A stretch of DNA of 64,000 bases from Bacteroidales bacterium (GCA_031276035.1 JAISNV010000033.1:4057-68056); one strand, 5' to 3'; counted from the first letter of the stretch, positions 37,685 through 50,205 are shown. Notes: generated from the sequence alone by a model not told the origin. Numbers and translations: made by a program.

Positions 37685-39649
37685 ATGAAAAAAAACTTTG
37701 ATCCCCTAAAAAACTATGAAGCAACAAAAGAAAAAGTAGGTTATGTTCCTCGTAAAGAAGCAACTCAAGCCACATACGACAGAATCGGCTTCATGTCTGG
37801 ACTGGAAGTTCACCAGCAATTAAAAACAAAGAAAAAACTATTTTGTAATTGTCCGGCAGGTATTTATAACGATAATTCACATTTTGATGCCGAAGTTGTC
37901 CGCCACATGCGTCCTACATTAAGCGAACTCGGCGAATACGACGGAACAGCTCTAATGGAATTTAAAACTAAGAAAACCATCATATACAAGTTGAAAAACG
38001 AAACAACTTGTACTTACGAAGTTGACGACACTCCCCCATTTCCTATAAATCGTGAAGCTTTGGATATTGCTATCGAAATATCATTACTTTCTAAGTTGAA
38101 TATTGTTGGTGAAGTACATATTACTCGTAAACAATATCTTGACGGAAGTATCCCGACAGGATTTCAAAGAACTGCAATAATCGGTGTTGAAGGTGAAATT
38201 CCTATCAAAAATAAAATGATAAGATTAATTCAACTTAGTATTGAGGAAGATTCTTGTCGTGAGATTTCTGATATTGGTCATGTTCGCGAATACAAAACAG
38301 ACAGATTGGGAATGCCGTTGATTGAAACTGTTACTTATCCCGATATGGTAAATCCGGATGAAGTTAAAGAAGCTTGCGACTACATCAGGTTTTTAAACAG
38401 GTCAACCAACAAAGTTAGAACAGGAATAGGCGCCGGCCGTGAAGATGTTAATGTTAGTTGCAAAGGTGGAACAAGAGTTGAAATAAAAGGTGTTGCCCAT
38501 ACTAAATTAATTCCGGAACTTACTCATAATGAATGTTTCCGTCAATGGTCGCTATTACAAATAAGAGAAATTCTCAATAAAAGAATTAAAATTGGCGACT
38601 GGAAAATGTCTTCAAAAAAACTGAATTTCTTTGATTATGATTTTGTAAATCCGGCTATAATTGAAGCAAACAACAGAAAAAACAAATTTATCGCAGTAAA
38701 TCTTCCTGAATTTAAAGGTGTTTTATCACACTTCACTCAACCGGATAAATGTTTTGTAAATGAATTGTCCGACAGGTTGAAAGTTATTGCCTGCATTGAA
38801 AAACCGAATATCATAACTTCGGAAGACATTCACAATCCTGAAGATAAAAAGATTTTTACTCAAATATCCGAATTATTAAATTCCGGAGAAAACGATGCAC
38901 AGGTTATTTTCTGGGCGCCTGAAGAAGACATAGCCACTGCTCTGGATGTTATCGACGAAAGATGTAAAATGGCTTTTAAAGGAGTTCCGAATGAAACTCG
39001 GAAATATTTATTAGACGGAACAACAATCTTCGAAAGAGTTCTTCCCGGTGCCGACAGAATGTATCCGGATACCGACTCCGCTCCTATTCCATTGGATAAC
39101 CAACATTTGGAGAAACTACAAGCAAATTTACCAAACGACATATATGAGCGTACAGGTCAATTGGTTAAATGGAATGCTCCTGAAGATACATTCACTTTCA
39201 TACATGTTAAAAATTTATTTCCGGTTATTGAAAAAATTACAAATAAATTGAATTTCGATCCGAAATTTATTTCGTGTTTTATGGGGCATCGTTTAAAATT
39301 TATTGAAGGACATTATTCTACAAAGGATTTTGATTACAACAGAATTTTCGATATGTTCGAATACATCAATAAAAACAAGCTTGAAAAGGAAATAGCATAT
39401 AAGATATTACCCGTTTTATATCAGCATCCGCAAATGGACTTCGATTCGATACTTACAACTATCAATTTCAAAAAATTGAAATCAGAAAATATTGTATCGA
39501 ATATTTCTATGTTGAAAAAGAAATATGATGAAATCGGAAGAATTAAAACGAATGATGCCAAAAATAATTGGATTATGGGTCAATTAAATAATTTAGCCGT
39601 AGGTAATATTTCAATGAATGAATTAAATAATATTGTAAATGGAAATTAA
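37685..39649 (+). CDS. gatE: Archaeal-type Glu-tRNA(Gln) amidotransferase subunit E (GatE-like)
   Basis: GLEVHQQLKTKKKLFCNCP, VRHMRPTLSELGEYD, CTYEVDDTPPFPIN, RKQYLDGSIPTGFQRTAIIG, DRLGMPLIETVTYPDM and REDVNVSCKGGTRVEIKGV match the GatE layout, including the AspRS-like insertion. The C-terminus carries a YqeY-like tail. Confidence 0.85.
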   Translation: MKKNFDPLKNYEATKEKVGYVPRKEATQATYDRIGFMSGLEVHQQLKTKKKLFCNCPAGIYNDNSHFDAEVVRHMRPTLSELGEYDGTALMEFKTKKTIIYKLKNETTCTYEVDDTPPFPINREALDIAIEISLLSKLNIVGEVHITRKQYLDGSIPTGFQRTAIIGVEGEIPIKNKMIRLIQLSIEEDSCREISDIGHVREYKTDRLGMPLIETVTYPDMVNPDEVKEACDYIRFLNRSTNKVRTGIGAGREDVNVSCKGGTRVEIKGVAHTKLIPELTHNECFRQWSLLQIREILNKRIKIGDWKMSSKKLNFFDYDFVNPAIIEANNRKNKFIAVNLPEFKGVLSHFTQPDKCFVNELSDRLKVIACIEKPNIITSEDIHNPEDKKIFTQISELLNSGENDAQVIFWAPEEDIATALDVIDERCKMAFKGVPNETRKYLLDGTTIFERVLPGADRMYPDTDSAPIPLDNQHLEKLQANLPNDIYERTGQLVKWNAPEDTFTFIHVKNLFPVIEKITNKLNFDPKFISCFMGHRLKFIEGHYSTKDFDYNRIFDMFEYINKNKLEKEIAYKILPVLYQHPQMDFDSILTTINFKKLKSENIVSNISMLKKKYDEIGRIKTNDAKNNWIMGQLNNLAVGNISMNELNNIVNGN

Positions 39650-41036
39650 TATGGATAACGAATTTTTTCAAGGGTATAAAGGACAAGCATTAGAAATTTT
39701 AAAAAAATATAATACACGAGTATGGGGGCAGGCTGAAATTGCAACCACAAGAGGAAATTTTAAAGGTACGGTTTTACCGAGAGCGAGCAATTACGATGAT
39801 AAACATATTGTGATTAAAATTAGTACCGGCTACAATATTGGGATTGATGTAGATACTATTACCGACATGAAGGAAACAGGTTATAATAAAGCCAATTATA
39901 AGATTCCTGAAAAAGAATTTCCTGTAACTCCCGGTTTACCAAATGTTAAATTAATCGGTACCGGCGGAACTATTGCTTCACGTCTTGATTATCGTACGGG
40001 AGCTGTAATTCCTGCATTCTCCCCCGGTGAATTATACGGTGCGGTTCCCGAATTAGCCGAAATTTGTAATCTTGAAACCGAAAAAGTTTTCGCTGTTTTC
40101 AGTGAAAACATGGGACCTACACAATATATTGCACTTGCAAAAGCAATAGGCAAAGAAATTGAACGCGGAGTTGACGGAATTGTCATTGGTCACGGCACAG
40201 ATACAATGCATCATACCGGCGCAGCGCTTACCTTTATGGTACAAAATCCACCGGTTCCTATAGTACTTGTAGGCTCGCAACGTTCCAGCGACAGACCAAG
40301 CTCCGATGCGGCTCTGAATTTGATGCACGCTATGACTGCTGCCGGACACGGCAATATTGCGGAAGTTATGGTTTGTATGTTCGGACCTACTTCCGATGAA
40401 TACGGCTTACTTCATAAAGGCACAAGAGTAAGAAAAATGCATTCTTCTTACCGTTCTACTTTCAGAACTATCGGCGATACTCCTCTTGCAACCGTTACCA
40501 GAAAAGGCGTTACTCCAATAAAAAAAGATTATAAGCCACGTAAAAAAGATAAAGATGTAACAATTCTGCCGTATTTCTCAGATAAAGTAACTATGCTTTA
40601 TTATTACACCGGCATGAAACCAGATACCATTGATTTACTTGTAGATGCAGGTTACAAAGGAATTGTTTTTGTCGGAACGGGATTGGGGCATGTTAATAAA
40701 GAACTTTATCCTGCAATTGAGCGCGCACAAGCTAAAGGCGTTCATATGTATATGACTTTGCAAACTATTTGGGGATACGTTCAAATGTTTGTTTATGATA
40801 CCGGTAGAGATATGATGGCTAAAGGAATCATCCCTTGCGGAAATATGCTTCCTGAAGTTGCATATATCAAACTCGGTTGGGCGCTAGGACAAACTGATGA
40901 TCCCGAAGAAGTAAAAAGATTGATGCTCACTCCTATCAACGACGAAATCACTGAAAGAGAGCCCTATAACGGATATATTGTGCTTCAAGGCGGTGTTCCG
41001 GAAGTTGACGAGTTTTTAGCTCAAACACATAAATAG
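39639..41036 (+). CDS. gatD: Archaeal-type Glu-tRNA(Gln) amidotransferase subunit D (GatD-like, asparaginase-domain glutaminase)
   Basis: IGTGGTIASRLDYRTGAV (Thr nucleophile), GHGTDTMHHTGAAL, GSQRSSDRPSSDAALNL, VRKMHSS, GTGLGH and MLPEVAYIKLGWALGQTDD are present. The first ATG overlaps the gatE stop by 11 nt, and an alternative ATG lies at 39651. Confidence 0.88.
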   Translation: MEINMDNEFFQGYKGQALEILKKYNTRVWGQAEIATTRGNFKGTVLPRASNYDDKHIVIKISTGYNIGIDVDTITDMKETGYNKANYKIPEKEFPVTPGLPNVKLIGTGGTIASRLDYRTGAVIPAFSPGELYGAVPELAEICNLETEKVFAVFSENMGPTQYIALAKAIGKEIERGVDGIVIGHGTDTMHHTGAALTFMVQNPPVPIVLVGSQRSSDRPSSDAALNLMHAMTAAGHGNIAEVMVCMFGPTSDEYGLLHKGTRVRKMHSSYRSTFRTIGDTPLATVTRKGVTPIKKDYKPRKKDKDVTILPYFSDKVTMLYYYTGMKPDTIDLLVDAGYKGIVFVGTGLGHVNKELYPAIERAQAKGVHMYMTLQTIWGYVQMFVYDTGRDMMAKGIIPCGNMLPEVAYIKLGWALGQTDDPEEVKRLMLTPINDEITEREPYNGYIVLQGGVPEVDEFLAQTHK

Positions 41037-41059
41037 AGATTATTTAAACAATTGTTTTT

Positions 41060-41812
41060 ATGCTTATTTCTGCTGTTATCATCACAAAGAACGAAGAAAG
41101 AAACATTGAAAGATGTATAAAATCTTTATTGAAGGTTGCTGATGAAATAGTTATTGTTGATTCGTTTTCTGATGACAAAACAAAAGAAATTTGCTTAAAA
41201 TACGATGTAAAGTTTGAATGCAACTGCTGGATTGGTTATGCCGAACAAAAGAATTATGCTAATTTATTGGCTTCAAATGATATGATTTTATCTATTGATG
41301 CCGATGAAGAACTTTCTGAAGAACTGCAGAAATCAATTCTTCAAATTAAATCTTCGGAAAACTATAATTATGTTTTCAAATTCAAAAGATTAAACAATTA
41401 TTGTGGAAAATGGATAAAACACGGCGCTTGGTATCCGGATATGAAAGTTAGAATTTTTAACAGGAAAACAACTTTTTGGGAAGACACCAAAGTTCATGAA
41501 ATATTAAATTATGGTGATACAAAAGTTGTTTTCCTAAAAGGAGATTTACTTCATTATCCTTTTTTATCCATCGAAGAACATATTAAAAGTACAAACAATT
41601 ATTCCACACTACATGCACAATATGCATTTGAACGAAACAAAAAGAAAACATATTTTTCTTATTTGTTGAGTGCCATTTGGAAATTCTTCTCTGATTATCT
41701 TTTCAAATGCGGATTCTTAGACGGATTTTACGGTTTTACAATATATAAAATTACTGTTTTGGACAGATATTTAAGATATGCAAAACTAAAAAGATTAAGA
41801 ATAAGAAAATAG
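41060..41812 (+). CDS. Glycosyltransferase family 2 protein
   Basis: ISAVIITKNEERNIERCIKSL, VDSFSDDKT and SIDADE (DxD) are present. Confidence 0.82.
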   Translation: MLISAVIITKNEERNIERCIKSLLKVADEIVIVDSFSDDKTKEICLKYDVKFECNCWIGYAEQKNYANLLASNDMILSIDADEELSEELQKSILQIKSSENYNYVFKFKRLNNYCGKWIKHGAWYPDMKVRIFNRKTTFWEDTKVHEILNYGDTKVVFLKGDLLHYPFLSIEEHIKSTNNYSTLHAQYAFERNKKKTYFSYLLSAIWKFFSDYLFKCGFLDGFYGFTIYKITVLDRYLRYAKLKRLRIRK

Positions 41813-42027
41813 ATAAAGTAAATAAAACTAATGAATTTAATTTGTGAATCATTCACCAATTTAAGTTTATACTTTATCAAAAATATTACAGATAAAATTT
41901 TTCTAATTGATTTATTTCCGAATTGATTTATTCTCTAATTGGCAAAAAATGGATAGCAATGTTATAATATTTTTTTCAATACTTCCATTCCGAACTCAAA
42001 TTCATTGTCTTTCTGCAAAATATATAG

Positions 42028-42061
42028 TTTGGTATAGACACAAAACAGTATCTATACCAAA
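42028..42061 (-). terminator. Hairpin directly after the gyrB stop
   Basis: TTTGGTATAGA (42028-42038) pairs with TCTATACCAAA (42051-42061), an 11-bp stem. On the minus strand TATATATTTTG follows it. Confidence 0.55.
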
Positions 42062-42064
42062 TAC

Positions 42065-44065
<2,001 letters not shown>

Positions 44066-44082
44066 TTATAATAATTAAGTAG

Positions 44083-44090
44083 CAAAATTA
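44083..44090 (-). promoter_or_regulatory. -7 promoter box for gyrB
   Basis: The reverse complement is TAATTTTG, 27 nt upstream of the ATG at 44056. Confidence 0.45.
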
Positions 44091-44142
44091 CAAAAAATTT
44101 TGCAATTATACAAGTTTTTTTTCGATAAACTTTTCAACAATT

Positions 44143-45927
44143 TTATAGTGAAAACGTCACTCCCAACATCACATTTGCAGGATATTCCGGATATAGCTGG
44201 TATATATAAAGTTTATTCTTGTAATGTAATAAGTTATTGAGATTTAACCAAAGGTCTATACCTGTTTTTATTTTATAGTTACAGGTTAATCCTAAGTCAT
44301 AAATAAGAGGAATATCAATTAATTCTTTTGAATCAGACATCACATTAACATCTTTAATGCCACCAAGCAAGGCAAATTGAGCGGAAAAAGATAATTTCTT
44401 ATTCGGCAGGACATATTTTGCAAGTGCGTAAACTTCAAAAGCAGGCATATTATAAGCATATTGTATTTGTTCCGTATCATTCAATTCAATAATATTATAT
44501 TTCCCTTGAAAGTTAATAAAAAGACTTCGCCAATAATCTAAGGTAAGATCAGCGGATATCGAGACTTTCCTTAAGTTTGCAAAATTCACATCAAAATCTG
44601 TTAAGTAAAAAGGTATATTTCCTTCGTAACTATCAAGAGCGTTACGACTCGCTGAAAAAATCGGCAAATTATCATATTGAATAATTTGAACACCGGCAGA
44701 GAAATTTATATACTTTCCGAATCTCGTATCAAAAACCCCATATAAGTTATACTTCTCATTCGTAATGTATTGAAAATCCGCATTGGAATTATTCTGATAA
44801 AGAGCTGTTGCCGGTGCTATATATTTACAAAGATCGTATAATAACATCATATTATTTCTGTATGACTCTCCCTTAATTCCTATTCGCAATGAAAATGCTT
44901 CCGGGACTATTGTTGTTTTTATTTCGGCAACAGGATGAATATTTGCCTTAAACTTATTATCCGCAGTAGTATTGTCATTAAAGAAATTAGCATTCAAACC
45001 TAATTTTAATGCAAAAGCTCCAATGTGTAATGAATATGAAGGTTCAATAGAAAAAATATAGTTATTAAATTTTTCCAAATGATATCCAAAATCAACAGTA
45101 CTAAAATTATAATTGGCAAGAAATTTAATACTCCAATCTTCCTTTTTACTTTTTCTAAAAAGTTTTGAATAATAATTGAAATTTACCGGCAAGTTAATTG
45201 AATGGCTTTTAAACTCATTACCTGCCTGAAAACCTGTATAGTTCAATAAAACACTATAATCTGTTTTTGTTGTTTTAATATTTGATAAACTTATTTCACC
45301 GCCATAAGTATGAAGTTTTTCTTTAGTTAAATTATCTTCCTTATTATACATCTCTTCTACATCAGAAAAATCAGATTTAGAAACGCCATAATAATTAAAC
45401 ATATTATGAGAATAAAATCCTCTTGCCTGCAATTCATTATTATTGAATTTTATTTTACCGTAAATATCAAAGTCAGTGTCGCTAAAGCTGTTATCATAAA
45501 CATCCTGCATTTGTCGCCACGCCGAATTATGTTTTACATGAAAACCGCCTCCGAGTTTTTTGTTATCAGACGAATTAACATAAACATCCGCATAAGGTTC
45601 TATATTTGAACCGAAACCGAATTTTCCGTAAAAAATATGCTTTTTCACATTCAAACTCTCCCTTCTCGGATCAAGCGGATCCAATCCGAAAGTTTTATGT
45701 CTCGGCAAATTTGTCAACTGAGACGAAATATTGTAATTGATTTTTTCTTTTTCTAATTCGATATTAACGTACTCGGGATTAATATTAATTTTGTTAGCAT
45801 CCGAAACCGAAGGCTCGTAAGGTGCAACAACATTAATTTGCTCATCATACTGCGGAGTCTGAGCTTTTATATTAAATGAAATTGCCATAACAATAAAAAC
45901 GGCAATAAATATATTTACTTTCTTCAT
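44143..45927 (-). CDS. Putative outer-membrane beta-barrel protein (putative-porin-like)
   Basis: The signal peptide is MKKVNIFIAVFIVMAISFNIKAQ. Alternating hydrophobic strand patterns run throughout and aromatic/Gly-rich turns are present. The gene is co-oriented 23 nt downstream of the TPR gene. Confidence 0.5.
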   Translation of the reverse strand: MKKVNIFIAVFIVMAISFNIKAQTPQYDEQINVVAPYEPSVSDANKININPEYVNIELEKEKINYNISSQLTNLPRHKTFGLDPLDPRRESLNVKKHIFYGKFGFGSNIEPYADVYVNSSDNKKLGGGFHVKHNSAWRQMQDVYDNSFSDTDFDIYGKIKFNNNELQARGFYSHNMFNYYGVSKSDFSDVEEMYNKEDNLTKEKLHTYGGEISLSNIKTTKTDYSVLLNYTGFQAGNEFKSHSINLPVNFNYYSKLFRKSKKEDWSIKFLANYNFSTVDFGYHLEKFNNYIFSIEPSYSLHIGAFALKLGLNANFFNDNTTADNKFKANIHPVAEIKTTIVPEAFSLRIGIKGESYRNNMMLLYDLCKYIAPATALYQNNSNADFQYITNEKYNLYGVFDTRFGKYINFSAGVQIIQYDNLPIFSASRNALDSYEGNIPFYLTDFDVNFANLRKVSISADLTLDYWRSLFINFQGKYNIIELNDTEQIQYAYNMPAFEVYALAKYVLPNKKLSFSAQFALLGGIKDVNVMSDSKELIDIPLIYDLGLTCNYKIKTGIDLWLNLNNLLHYKNKLYIYQLYPEYPANVMLGVTFSL

Positions 45928-45950
45928 TTCTAATTATTAACTGTTAATTA

Positions 45951-48947
45951 TTAATTGTCTATTGCTTCGAGTTTTGCACGCGCTTCTTCCTTCAGATCTT
46001 CACCTGCATAATTATCAATAATACTTTGATAAGTTTGTTTAGCTTGGAAAATATTATCGGTTTTTACATAAATATCGCCCAAAAGAATGAAACCGCGGGC
46101 AACCCAATAATCATAATTACCGAAATTATTTATCAAATCAAAAGCCTCTTTTTCAGCTTTTTGATAATTTGAATTCATATAAGTTATAAAAGCACAAAAA
46201 TATTTAGCTTCGGCGCCGGTTTCATTTTTATATTTATCTGCAAGAGCGCTAAACGAAATATACGCATCACTGAATAATCCTAATCCGTATTGTGCAATTG
46301 CAATATTGAGCTCAGCTTCCTCCAAAATATTTTCGTCCGAATCGGGAATTGCCCTAACAAGTTTAGCAGTTGGAAGTAATTTGTTGTATTCCGCCAACTC
46401 GTTGTAAGAACGCATTAGTCCGATATTTGCCTCATTTGCAACATAATCATATTCCGTATTTTTAGCTATCTCCTCATAAGTTGCGGCAGCACTACGAAAA
46501 TCTTCATTATGAAAATAAATTTTCGCCGACTGCATTTTTGCGTTTTCGCTATATAGGGAATTGGGGAAGTCGGCAGCGGTTTGATAGTATCTCAATGCGT
46601 TATCATAATCATTTTCCATAAAGAAACATTCGCCCATATAATAATAAACAATTGGAACAAATGCGCCATCCGGAAAATTAACAAGATAGTTATTAAGCAA
46701 TCTTTTCGCATCCGTATATTTTGCGGCGGCAAACATATTTTGAGCACTGGCAAAATTCATAGAATCGGCTTCTGTAACCGTAACTTTAATTCTTGCTGAA
46801 TTAGTAACAAAATCCATGTACTCATCTACTTTGTTAAGCTCAACATAAATATTCCTCAAACTTGCCAAACTTTCGTTAGCTTCTAAGGTTCCAGAGTATG
46901 AAACAACAATATCTTTGAGATAAGAAATTGCTTCATCATACTCCTTTTCAGCATAATAAAGCAATCCTATTTTTTGTTTCGATTTAATAGCATAAGGACT
47001 TCTCGGGTATTCACTAACTACTTGTTTATAAGTATTTATCGCACTTGCATTTTCATCTAAAAGAGTGTATGTATTAGCTAATTCGAAAATAGCGCTGCTG
47101 CGGTAAGTAGTATTAACGGGCATTTTAAATATTTCCTTCAAAGCGCTTTCTTTTCCTCTAAGATTTCCTGTAGCACCAAGGGCTAATGCTTTGTAATAAT
47201 AAGCATAATCTATATTTCCGGCATTAGTCTTAATAGCTTGGTCATACGATTGAATAGCTTGAGAATATTTATTTTGAATGAAATAACAATCTCCTATTCG
47301 GTTCCACGCATCACTTAAAATATTTTTATCGGAATGAGTACGGGAATTAATAAACTTTCTAAAATAAGTTTCTGCGGATGCATAATCTTTCAATTTGAAA
47401 TAAGAATATCCGAGTGCATAATTAGAATAATTATATTCGGCATAATCATAAGCTTCCGGACTGGCAAGAAATTCTTTATATAAAGGAATTGCATTGTTAA
47501 ACTGCAACAATCTGAAATAACTTTCAGCTATCCAGAAAGTTGAAAACGCCTTCAAACTTTTGTCGAGAGCATATTTTTGAGATTCCTTTAAAAGTTTTGC
47601 AGCTTCGGCATAATTACGGGCATTAAATAAATCAATTCCGTTAGAAAAAGTTATTTTTTGATGAGCCAATTTTAACTCTGGAGTCATCACTTCAATATTT
47701 TCTATTGTTGACAACGCATTTTTGTAATTCTTTGTAGAAAGAAATAATTTTGCAAGAAAAGAATTTGCCTCATCAATTTTTGGCGATTTCGGATTTTCTT
47801 CTATATAATTTTGAAGAATACTGATGCCGTCATTATACGGATCAAAACCGGTTTCATAGATAATACCTACATAATTAAATAAAGCTTTTTCCTTAACATC
47901 CTTATTGAAATCCATTTTTGCAGCTTCCCTGAAAGAAGTTGCCGCAAAATTTTTATTATTTAATTTTAAATTACAAATTCCGACATGATATAGCGCATTT
48001 TGTTTCAGCACATCATTTGAGCTAGCGGCTTTTTCAAAGTATGGAAGCGCCTTATCAAATTCATCAAGCATAAAATACGAATACGCAATTTTATAATTAT
48101 CCTCTCTTTCAAATCTTTGATTATTTTTCAGGAAATATTCCAAAGCATTTTCATATTCATTCAGTTGGAAATATGAATTTGCAAGTATCAAATTATTTTC
48201 GGCAATATCCTTTTTATTTCCTTTCTCCAGATTCATTTTTTTTGAATAAGAAATTACCTCATCATATTTTCCTTGTTCATATAATATTCTTAAAATAAAT
48301 TGTTTTGAACTTTCTCCGAACTCACTATCGGTTTCCAGACTTCTAAACGCTTGCAAAGCAGATTCATAATTAGCTTGTTCAAAAGAAATTTGAGCATAAT
48401 AATAAGTTGCCGCCTTGCTGTATTTTCCGTTGGTATCCTTTATTTCATAAAATGCAGTAGCTGCCTTATCAACTTTATTCGTTTTCAAATAAGAATAACC
48501 CGTTTGATAAAAATATTCTTGCTTTTCATCCTCATTTAATCGAAACAACTCAACTTTCTCATAAGAATCGAGAGCCGCTTTATAAGATTTCTTATCAAAA
48601 TAAAGTTTTGCCAGTTCAAATCGGGCATTAGGCAGGTAATAACTCTCCGAATAAGTATTGATAAACTCCAATAAGTATTTTTCTGCAAAATCATATTCGC
48701 CCAAAATTTTATTGGATATTGCTAATCCATAAACTACGAGAGCCTTCTCTTGAAAATATTCGAGTTCATTTTCAATATAAAGTTCATTGAAAATCTTATT
48801 TGCAGCAACATAATTCTCCGCATTAAACATTTCCTGAGCTTGCGAAAGTTTTGGATTTTTTTGGATTGTTCCGGAATATTTTTGTGCAAATGATTGATTA
48901 AAAATAAACATCATGCACATTGACAAAATAATATATTTTAGTTTCAT
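45951..48947 (-). CDS. Large secreted tetratricopeptide-repeat protein (998 aa)
   Basis: A signal peptide (MCMMFIFNQSFAQ) is present, followed by many 34-residue TPR units with the A/Y/F-x-x-A pattern (for example AKLYFDKKSYKAALDSYEKV). Confidence 0.8.
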   Translation of the reverse strand: MKLKYIILSMCMMFIFNQSFAQKYSGTIQKNPKLSQAQEMFNAENYVAANKIFNELYIENELEYFQEKALVVYGLAISNKILGEYDFAEKYLLEFINTYSESYYLPNARFELAKLYFDKKSYKAALDSYEKVELFRLNEDEKQEYFYQTGYSYLKTNKVDKAATAFYEIKDTNGKYSKAATYYYAQISFEQANYESALQAFRSLETDSEFGESSKQFILRILYEQGKYDEVISYSKKMNLEKGNKKDIAENNLILANSYFQLNEYENALEYFLKNNQRFEREDNYKIAYSYFMLDEFDKALPYFEKAASSNDVLKQNALYHVGICNLKLNNKNFAATSFREAAKMDFNKDVKEKALFNYVGIIYETGFDPYNDGISILQNYIEENPKSPKIDEANSFLAKLFLSTKNYKNALSTIENIEVMTPELKLAHQKITFSNGIDLFNARNYAEAAKLLKESQKYALDKSLKAFSTFWIAESYFRLLQFNNAIPLYKEFLASPEAYDYAEYNYSNYALGYSYFKLKDYASAETYFRKFINSRTHSDKNILSDAWNRIGDCYFIQNKYSQAIQSYDQAIKTNAGNIDYAYYYKALALGATGNLRGKESALKEIFKMPVNTTYRSSAIFELANTYTLLDENASAINTYKQVVSEYPRSPYAIKSKQKIGLLYYAEKEYDEAISYLKDIVVSYSGTLEANESLASLRNIYVELNKVDEYMDFVTNSARIKVTVTEADSMNFASAQNMFAAAKYTDAKRLLNNYLVNFPDGAFVPIVYYYMGECFFMENDYDNALRYYQTAADFPNSLYSENAKMQSAKIYFHNEDFRSAAATYEEIAKNTEYDYVANEANIGLMRSYNELAEYNKLLPTAKLVRAIPDSDENILEEAELNIAIAQYGLGLFSDAYISFSALADKYKNETGAEAKYFCAFITYMNSNYQKAEKEAFDLINNFGNYDYWVARGFILLGDIYVKTDNIFQAKQTYQSIIDNYAGEDLKEEARAKLEAIDN

Positions 48948-48975
48948 ACGAATATTATTACATATGTATTAACTG

Positions 48976-48983
48976 CAAAAATA
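48976..48983 (-). promoter_or_regulatory. -7 promoter box for the TPR-porin operon
   Basis: The reverse complement is TATTTTTG, 29 nt upstream of the ATG at 48947. Confidence 0.45.
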
Positions 48984-49211
48984 AAAAATTATTGTTGAAG
49001 ATCACACCAGATAATCAATGAGTAATTAACAAGTTATGAATATACAGAGAATAAACACAAGCGTGACTATCAACAACTTATCCTTTTGCGTGGAATATTG
49101 TTTTAAAGAATTTATCTTTTGAAAAAAATTTATACATATAAAATCATCTGGTTTTAATAAAATGCATATTGCTTTTTTAAGTTCAAAGATATTTAAGAAA
49201 AATACTTTTAA

Positions 49212-50093
49212 TTAAATCTTTTGATATTCTTTCGGAGTAAATCCCGTATGTTGTTTGAAATAAAAACTAAAATGCGACTGAGATGAAAAATTCAAGTCGT
49301 AACTTATTTGCTGTATACTTAGTTTACCGGACATCAACATTTCTTTTGCTTTTGCAATAGTATAATTTTTAATCCAATCCGACGGATGTTGCCCAGTTTG
49401 CTTATAAATCAGAGATGAAAAATATTTTGGAGTTAAACAAGCTTTATCTGCATAAAATTTTATATTTCGTTCTCTTCGATAATTCGTTTCTAAATCGCTG
49501 ATAAACTTTTTAAATACAACTTCTTTATGAGGAGCATCTTTGTTTTGGTGTTCTTTGTTCAATAGATGACTGCACAAACCGTAAAACATTATATTAAGAT
49601 ATGCACGAACGATTTGAGGAGTAAAAACATTACTTTTGTCGCGAATAACCCTTCTTATCGTTTTAAATATAGAAACAATTTCTTTCATTTGTTTAGGCGG
49701 TAATTCTACAATCTGCGACTTACTTAGAATGGTGCGCATACCAATGACTTTAGAATTATCGCCAAGATCAAAAACACCATCTTTTATAAACATTATTTCG
49801 ATTTTGATATCATCGCTAACTTCTAATACTTGAAACATCCTATCTGCGTATAATATCATAAAAGTATTCTCGGTAATTGAATAAATTTTATTTCCCAATT
49901 GAATTTTTATTAATCCCTTGACGCAACACAAAGATAATAAAGCATTTATCTTTACATAAATATTTTTATGAATATTAAATTTATTTATTGGTTCAGAATA
50001 ATTGTTAAATACGAGAAATTTTCCAGGTAACACATCAAATCCGGGTAAATCGTAAAGACTTGCAATATCGATATTTATAATTTCATTCTCCAT
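49212..50093 (-). CDS. AraC-family transcriptional regulator
   Basis: The C-terminal HTH is FYADKACLTPKYFSSLIYKQTGQHPSDWIKNY...IQQISYDLNFSSQSHFSFYFKQHTGFTPKEY. Confidence 0.88.
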   Translation of the reverse strand: MENEIINIDIASLYDLPGFDVLPGKFLVFNNYSEPINKFNIHKNIYVKINALLSLCCVKGLIKIQLGNKIYSITENTFMILYADRMFQVLEVSDDIKIEIMFIKDGVFDLGDNSKVIGMRTILSKSQIVELPPKQMKEIVSIFKTIRRVIRDKSNVFTPQIVRAYLNIMFYGLCSHLLNKEHQNKDAPHKEVVFKKFISDLETNYRRERNIKFYADKACLTPKYFSSLIYKQTGQHPSDWIKNYTIAKAKEMLMSGKLSIQQISYDLNFSSQSHFSFYFKQHTGFTPKEYQKI

Positions 50094-50115
50094 AATTTAT
50101 TTAATAAAAATTTCA

Positions 50116-50123
50116 CAAAAGTA
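50116..50123 (-). promoter_or_regulatory. -7 promoter box for the AraC gene
   Basis: The reverse complement is TACTTTTG, 23 nt upstream of the ATG at 50093. Confidence 0.45.
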
Positions 50124-50197
50124 ATACTTTTTTATAAAAAACGACTTTTATGACATTTTATCCAACTTTTATAAAAAAAACGAAAATTTCTTCCTCA

Positions 50198-50205
50198 TAT
50201 CTTTG
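50198..50205 (+). promoter_or_regulatory. -7 promoter box for the DUF5686-like gene
   Basis: TATCTTTG is present. It sits too close to the ORF-track start at 50220, so the ATG at 50283 is favoured. Confidence 0.45.

Noticed and set aside
39989-40349. The higher GC of gatD could be taken as evidence of recent horizontal transfer.
   Set aside because: Hand counts give about 47% GC for gatD and about 45% for gyrB, so conserved enzymes in this genome are generally GC-richer. Composition alone does not support recent transfer, and the archaeal affinity rests on protein motifs instead.
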